A stretch of 64,000 nucleotides of DNA from a virus (taxonomy: Duplodnaviria > Heunggongvirae > Uroviricota > Caudoviricetes). Under the pieces are notes generated by a model. The model was given only the letters and a program-made list of their open reading frames with translations, made no database searches and was not told the DNA's origin. Positions 59,359-64,000 of this stretch are shown here, piece by piece. The position numbers were made by a program, and so were the translations under genes. The stretch's first letter is position 1. Each line of letters starts with the position of its first letter. The stretch lies in the IMG/VR virus record IMGVR_UViG_3300021431_000002; one strand, given 5' to 3'.

Positions 59359-60915
59359 TTAACACTTCTCGATGTTTGCTTTCAGCAAGTCTTGTTCTTC
59401 CATGTCAACAAATATCAGTTCTTTACGTGCTCTCGTTAAAGCAACATACTTCAAGTTCATTTCTTGTTGCAGTTGCCATTTTAACTGATGCGGCCACTTC
59501 AATGGCAGTTTGTTGGGAAGCAGAATAAGCACCCTATTTGCTTCAAGTCCTTTGCTCTTATGGGCAGTTGAAAGCATGACTGCGTTTTCAACTTTCTCGT
59601 CCGTGAATAGCCTATCAATATAGGTTTTAAGTTCTGCAACGTCTTTAATGCTATAGAGACAAATGTTTTCAATACACTTGCACCTATCTTCAAGGTTGAG
59701 ATACTTCTGTGCTTGCTTTGCTTCCGCTTCTGTGCATTTTCTATCACTTCTAATGGTAGCAATCAGTTTTTTCTTTTCGCTTTCAAGGTAATCAAGAACT
59801 TGCTGAATGTTCTTTGTATTTGCGTTCTCTATCAGCACTTTAAGGTCTTGCGCTATGTCCTTACCCTTAACAACGGCAGTAATACCATTTTGAATTAACT
59901 TCATACACAGACCGACCAAAGGGGCAGATGTACGGCAAAGAACCATGTCGTTTTCCTTAAACAGATTGTAGGAAAGTTTATTTACATGATTGATTTCTCC
60001 ATCAATAGCACCCTTATGCGCTTGTATTTGTGGCACAAGTCCTTGCGCTAATTTAATCATGTTCTTACCACACCTATAGTTTACTGACAAAGGCAGTTCA
60101 ATGGTATTCTCTAAATTAGCAATCTTATCAAATGAATTGCAATCAGCACCAGCGAAACCATTAATGGCTTGATTTCTATCACCAACGGCAACAAAACGTC
60201 CACCTCTCGCAGCACAAAGCATTAATTCTCTTTGGGCAGTGTTAAGGTCTTGGCACTCGTCAATGAAAACGTATTTGTATGTTGGTATTGCATTTTTGTG
60301 GAACAAAGGCAGCACAATCATGTCAACGTAATCAATTACAAGGTCTTTTGGCATGACGTATGCATCTTCCAACAAGATATTGCAAACCTTAACTTCGTCA
60401 AATAAAGTTACCAAATTGTGTTCATCACACAACTTCTCTAACTTCTTGATTTCTCCATGCTGAATGAGATTAACCCTTGCAAGGTCAAACAACTTCTGAA
60501 CGTTGCAGCAGAAACCCCACACCTTTGCAGCCGATGTGTCTGGGGTAATAATCGTTGACAAAGAATAAACGTTCTGTCTCACATACTTCTGATACTTCCA
60601 ACTATCTACCTTAACATACATACGATATTGGGGAAAGTTGTAAAGTCTTTTCAGTATGCTAAAACCAAAAGCATGAAGCGTTGAAACGTCAGCATACCCT
60701 TTTAATTTCTCTTTCAACTCGTCAGCGATTAACTTGTTGAAAGCAAGAAACTTTACTTCACTCTCATGCAGATGCAGACGCTTACAAGCCATAACGATAG
60801 TTGTGGTTTTACCGCTACCAGCAACGGCATTAATGGCAATGTTTTCCATACCATTTTCCACCTCGTCAAAGATGTCTGTCTGATATTTTGAAAGTTGTAA
60901 TTTTGCTAAAGCCAT
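59359..60915 (-). CDS. Second UvrD/Rep-like SF1 helicase
   Basis: AVAGSGKTT, IDECQD, VGDRNQ, NYRCG, HKSKGLEA, YVALTRA. Confidence 0.92.
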   Translation of the reverse strand: MALAKLQLSKYQTDIFDEVENGMENIAINAVAGSGKTTTIVMACKRLHLHESEVKFLAFNKLIADELKEKLKGYADVSTLHAFGFSILKRLYNFPQYRMYVKVDSWKYQKYVRQNVYSLSTIITPDTSAAKVWGFCCNVQKLFDLARVNLIQHGEIKKLEKLCDEHNLVTLFDEVKVCNILLEDAYVMPKDLVIDYVDMIVLPLFHKNAIPTYKYVFIDECQDLNTAQRELMLCAARGGRFVAVGDRNQAINGFAGADCNSFDKIANLENTIELPLSVNYRCGKNMIKLAQGLVPQIQAHKGAIDGEINHVNKLSYNLFKENDMVLCRTSAPLVGLCMKLIQNGITAVVKGKDIAQDLKVLIENANTKNIQQVLDYLESEKKKLIATIRSDRKCTEAEAKQAQKYLNLEDRCKCIENICLYSIKDVAELKTYIDRLFTDEKVENAVMLSTAHKSKGLEANRVLILLPNKLPLKWPHQLKWQLQQEMNLKYVALTRARKELIFVDMEEQDLLKANIEKC

Positions 60916-61108
60916 ATATATTATTAATGTTTAACTCTGCAAAGGTACGAAAAAACTTTGAACTGACCAAAAAATCCAGAGTTATTTAACATATATTAAT
61001 ATTTGGCATCGCCAAATATAAAAAAGTATTAAAAAATAGATTAAAAATTTGGCTATATCAATTTAATTTCGTACATTTGCACCACGAAACAATTAAATTT
61101 ATAGCAAT

Positions 61109-61336
61109 ATGATTAACAAGGAAGACAAGAAAGTTCAGAAATACATCAACGAGTGCGCTGATTTCTGCAAGAAAGCAGGTATGAAGACACAGAAGCAAGT
61201 TTATGAGTGGCTTCTCGCTGACCTCATGGAAACCTACAAGGGTAAAGCACCAAAGTGGAAGTTGGAGTGGATTGCAGAGGATTTCACAGAAAGCATCTGT
61301 ATTAAAATAAACATACACCAGACTGGAGTTCGCTAA
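61109..61336 (+). CDS. Early hypothetical protein
   Basis: Promoter at 61048-61081. Confidence 0.65.
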   Translation: MINKEDKKVQKYINECADFCKKAGMKTQKQVYEWLLADLMETYKGKAPKWKLEWIAEDFTESICIKINIHQTGVR

Positions 61337-61366
61337 GAACTCCACTTTTTTTCAGTAAAGGAAATT

Positions 61367-61642
61367 ATGGACATTACGACAGAGATTAACAAGTTAAAAG
61401 CCGTTGCCAAAGAGAATGGTTTAGAGATAAGATTCCGTAATCATACAACCAATATGGGTGATTTCTGCATCTTTATCTATGATAAATCTGTAAGAAAATC
61501 ATATATGGTTGGTTTTGATGGCAATTGGAATAGCAAAAAGCTAACATTCAATGTGTGCTTGCGTTCAGCATATAATTGGATTGAAAAGCGTGACAAACGT
61601 TATATTAAGTGTAATGGGAAGTGGCAGTATATAGGATATTAA
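61367..61642 (+). CDS. Hypothetical protein
   Basis: Co-oriented; A-rich leader. Confidence 0.55.
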   Translation: MDITTEINKLKAVAKENGLEIRFRNHTTNMGDFCIFIYDKSVRKSYMVGFDGNWNSKKLTFNVCLRSAYNWIEKRDKRYIKCNGKWQYIGY

Positions 61643-61946
61643 CGATACTTGTACTTAATTAAGTCTTAATTATGATTCAAGATAACAACAAATACACTGA
61701 ATTTAACATTTTCACAAAGTATGGTGAAAATAGGTTGGGAGTAAAAACTCCACGTCCTATGACATTAGATGAAGCGCAAGCATATTTTAATTGCCTTTGC
61801 ATTGGTCATTGTTAAGCGTTCTAAGGCATTATCTCGGTTGAGGTGATGCCTTTTATCATATTCCATCAGAAACGCTCTTAAAACAAAAGGTAGATACCTT
61901 TATGATGAAGTATCTACCCTATTTGTACTTATTTAAGTATATAGTA

Positions 61947-62249
61947 TTAGTATCTGCGAGAACAAGTTTCTATTTGTTTTCTCACTGCTTCTTTCCATTC
62001 AATGTATTCTTTTCTGCATTGTGCTTCCAACCTATCACGATTCTCTTTCGTGTCAACATAGAAAGTATCAAGGTCTTTCATGTGAAGCAGAAGTTTAATG
62101 CCATCCTCACTCTCGACAATGACCTCATCATTTTCTTCGTTGACGGATAGGATTGTGTTAGATGTCACTACGTGGTGGCACTGCATATCCAACCCAATAG
62201 ATAAGGTCTTGCAAGGCAGTTTAACTAATCGTCCGTTTAATGTAATCAT
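61947..62249 (-). CDS. Early hypothetical protein
   Basis: Promoter at 62278. Confidence 0.6.
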   Translation of the reverse strand: MITLNGRLVKLPCKTLSIGLDMQCHHVVTSNTILSVNEENDEVIVESEDGIKLLLHMKDLDTFYVDTKENRDRLEAQCRKEYIEWKEAVRKQIETCSRRY

Positions 62250-62333
62250 AACTTTTATAAATCTATTTTAATTGTGATGCAAAGGTACGAAAAAAAAGTG
62301 AGACTACCAAACGGAATCCCAACTTTTTTGAAT

Positions 62334-62645
62334 TTATGATATATGTAATTCTTCTTCAAACCATTCCACAATATCTTCTAAATCAGACGTTGTTAAATCG
62401 TCTAGTTCTCTTGGCTCATTTTCGCCTAATATTTTGACCCATACGATTGCTTCGTTGTCATGGAAGATTTTTGTTATTTGTGGGAGTTCTAATTCACTCA
62501 ACCCCATAGCCTCATCATGCCCAATGGTGAGAATTGCGCAATTTTCTCGTTCACACTTGATTGGTGTTTTCTCTGACGCATATAATGCAGAACAGAATGA
62601 TGAGATTTTCCTACGCAATTTTTCGTGTTTACTAATACGTGCCAT
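62334..62645 (-). CDS. Early hypothetical protein
   Basis: Promoter at 62678. Confidence 0.6.
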   Translation of the reverse strand: MARISKHEKLRRKISSFCSALYASEKTPIKCERENCAILTIGHDEAMGLSELELPQITKIFHDNEAIVWVKILGENEPRELDDLTTSDLEDIVEWFEEELHIS

Positions 62646-62713
62646 AATTTAAATTGTTATTAATTGGTTTAACTTAATGCAAAGGTACGAAAAAAAATTG
62701 GAATAGCCAAATG

Positions 62714-62893
62714 CTATCCCAACTTATTTTTTGCCAAATTATTATAATACTCTTTTAATTCTTTTCTTACGTGCTCTTCGTATTTTTTTAGTTCTTCAAC
62801 CCATATCTTGCAGTCTTCTGTTGATATTGTAACACCTTGCCTTTTTGCCACTGGTGTGGACAATACTGCAATTAAACTTTCTAATGCGTTCAT
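62714..62893 (-). CDS. Small hypothetical protein (59 aa)
   Basis: Hand translation MNALESLIAVLSTPVAKRQG...; fills an operon gap. Confidence 0.45.
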   Translation of the reverse strand: MNALESLIAVLSTPVAKRQGVTISTEDCKIWVEELKKYEEHVRKELKEYYNNLAKNKLG

Positions 62894-62912
62894 AATCTTT
62901 TTAATTTATTCG

Positions 62913-63242
62913 TTATAAAGTATGTTTCATCCATATGTAATCACTATCTTCACCATCGTTACAGAAATCACTATATCCGTGATTAGCATACCAATCGTGT
63001 ACCCAAGATGATGTTATCACCTTCAGACAGATTACAGAATAATTGTACTTCTTGGCTTCTTTATCAGCAAGTTCAAGTATTTTATTACCAAGTCCACGAC
63101 CTCTTGCTGATTGTCCTACATTTACATTTGATAGATACATAGTATTCTTATCATCATTATAAGCATATAGAGCAAATCTACAGCAATCATTCTTGTAATA
63201 GTAAATTATACCCCAATCTGTCGTTTCTTTCGTGATGTTCAT
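62913..63242 (-). CDS. GNAT acetyltransferase
   Basis: YLSNVNVGQSARGRGLGNKIL...WYANHGY. Confidence 0.85.
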   Translation of the reverse strand: MNITKETTDWGIIYYYKNDCCRFALYAYNDDKNTMYLSNVNVGQSARGRGLGNKILELADKEAKKYNYSVICLKVITSSWVHDWYANHGYSDFCNDGEDSDYIWMKHTL

Positions 63243-63267
63243 GCCTTATTTAAGCCATTAATCATTT

Positions 63268-63642
63268 TTACCATTCAACATAACTGGTTTTTTCAATTTC
63301 TTTATTGAAAAACTCTTTTTCTTCTTCTGTTGCCAAACGATACTCTTTAGTATAACCCAAACCAGTCATAGGATAAGGACGTTTATATTTTTCAACTTCT
63401 CCATTTTTACGTCTGATATAAAACGCATCAGTCTCCAACGCTTCGCCATTGAAGCCACAATAGCGGCACATAATACACTCTGCGCTAAGAACATTAAGAT
63501 GTTCCTCTTTCTTGACAATAATATCGCCCTCTTTAAAACCATTAGTCAATTCAGCAAGGGTGTGGATAGTAACACTATTATCATCACAGATGGCAACCAA
63601 ACCTGCTTCTTCCAATAACTCACTATTGTAAATCTCAACCAT
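63268..63642 (-). CDS. Hypothetical protein (RLATxxE family)
   Basis: FKEGDII...YRLATEEEKEFF; promoter at 63673. Confidence 0.6.
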   Translation of the reverse strand: MVEIYNSELLEEAGLVAICDDNSVTIHTLAELTNGFKEGDIIVKKEEHLNVLSAECIMCRYCGFNGEALETDAFYIRRKNGEVEKYKRPYPMTGLGYTKEYRLATEEEKEFFNKEIEKTSYVEW

Positions 63643-63804
63643 GCTATTCTATTTTTAATTATTATTTGATATTGCAAAGGTACGAAAAAAAAACGAGTTA
63701 ACCAAATTTATTAACGAATTTTAACAAAAAACCTCTGGGGCACTAGCCACATCTTCTAGGCTAGCACCCCTCGTCAACAAATCACTAACAATTAAAAGCA
63801 GTAG

Positions 63805-63884
63805 TTGATAGGCATGGAATCGAACCACTCACTTTGCACCTTAGATGGGTGCTCCGCACAAGACATTACTGCGATTACCTATCA
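63805..63884 (-). tRNA. Atypical tRNA-like RNA (centred anticodon TCT, A33)
   Basis: Minus strand: TGATAGG/CCTATCA acceptor, CGCA/TGCG D-stem, GCACC-CATCTAA-GGTGC, GTGG-TTCGATT-CCAT. Confidence 0.6.
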
Positions 63885-63887
63885 TAG

Positions 63888-64000
63888 TTGGAAGAGAAAG
63901 ATTTGCACTTTCGAAGCCACCGAAGTGACACATTAAGCACGAACTTAATGCCCATTTGTCTACATCTACCCTTGCGGATAGTTCTCCTCTGGTATCTTCC
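63888..64000 (-). ncRNA. tRNA-like RNA with enlarged D region and non-canonical anticodon arm (5' end at the window edge)
   Basis: Minus strand: GGAAGA/TCTTCC acceptor, CATTAAG-TTCGTG-CTTAATG arm, GTCAC-TTCG-GTGGC variable arm, GAAAG-TGCAAAT-CTTTC T-arm. Confidence 0.5.

Larger units (their letters stand above)
57563..61940. repeat. Dispersed 16-bp palindrome GTACTT-N4-AAGT(A/C)N, five copies
   Basis: Copies at 57563, 57675, 58158, 61651 and 61925, all intergenic. Confidence 0.75.

Noticed and set aside
62073-62088. Degenerate parS-like TCTTTCATGTGAAGCA
   Set aside because: Several mismatches and inside a coding region; cannot be distinguished from chance.
1-64000. Stop-codon reassignment (TAG or TGA), as in some Bacteroidota megaphages
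   Set aside because: Terminase, portal, Clp and the 5.9-kb ORF are intact in the standard code; TAG ends the 34375-34809 gene and TGA ends several others.
1-64000. CRISPR array or diversity-generating retroelement
   Set aside because: No regularly spaced repeats, cas gene, reverse transcriptase or TR/VR pair seen.

Overview
The window is part of a large, AT-rich, T4-type (myovirus-like) jumbo phage genome in the standard genetic code. The host is probably Bacteroidota, since about 20 TTTG-N19-21-TAnnTTTG promoters are present. 1-25 kb is a mostly minus-strand head morphogenesis region: major capsid, scaffold, prohead protease, portal and terminase, interspersed with many putative capsid-cargo proteins. 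These share an N-terminal IIRLTESDL..I.KESV..IL.E leader and (L/I/N/Y)xE-type cleavage sites, and include a ~1950-aa polyvalent polyprotein. 25-53 kb holds nucleotide, DNA and tRNA-repair genes (thyA, ligase, Clp ATPase, Thg1, UvrD, kinases, phosphoesterases), homing endonucleases and small accessory ORFs. At ~55.3-55.5 kb there is a compositional break, followed by a sigma factor and single-gene early-promoter cassettes. The strongest unexplained signals are: two perfect chromosomal-type parS sites, a second 16-bp palindrome in five copies, three non-canonical tRNA-like RNAs, a likely -1 frameshift in a head protein, and a TATTTATA late-promoter motif with an I-TevI-like hairpin control. All functional calls come from motifs read by eye; no database searches were run.
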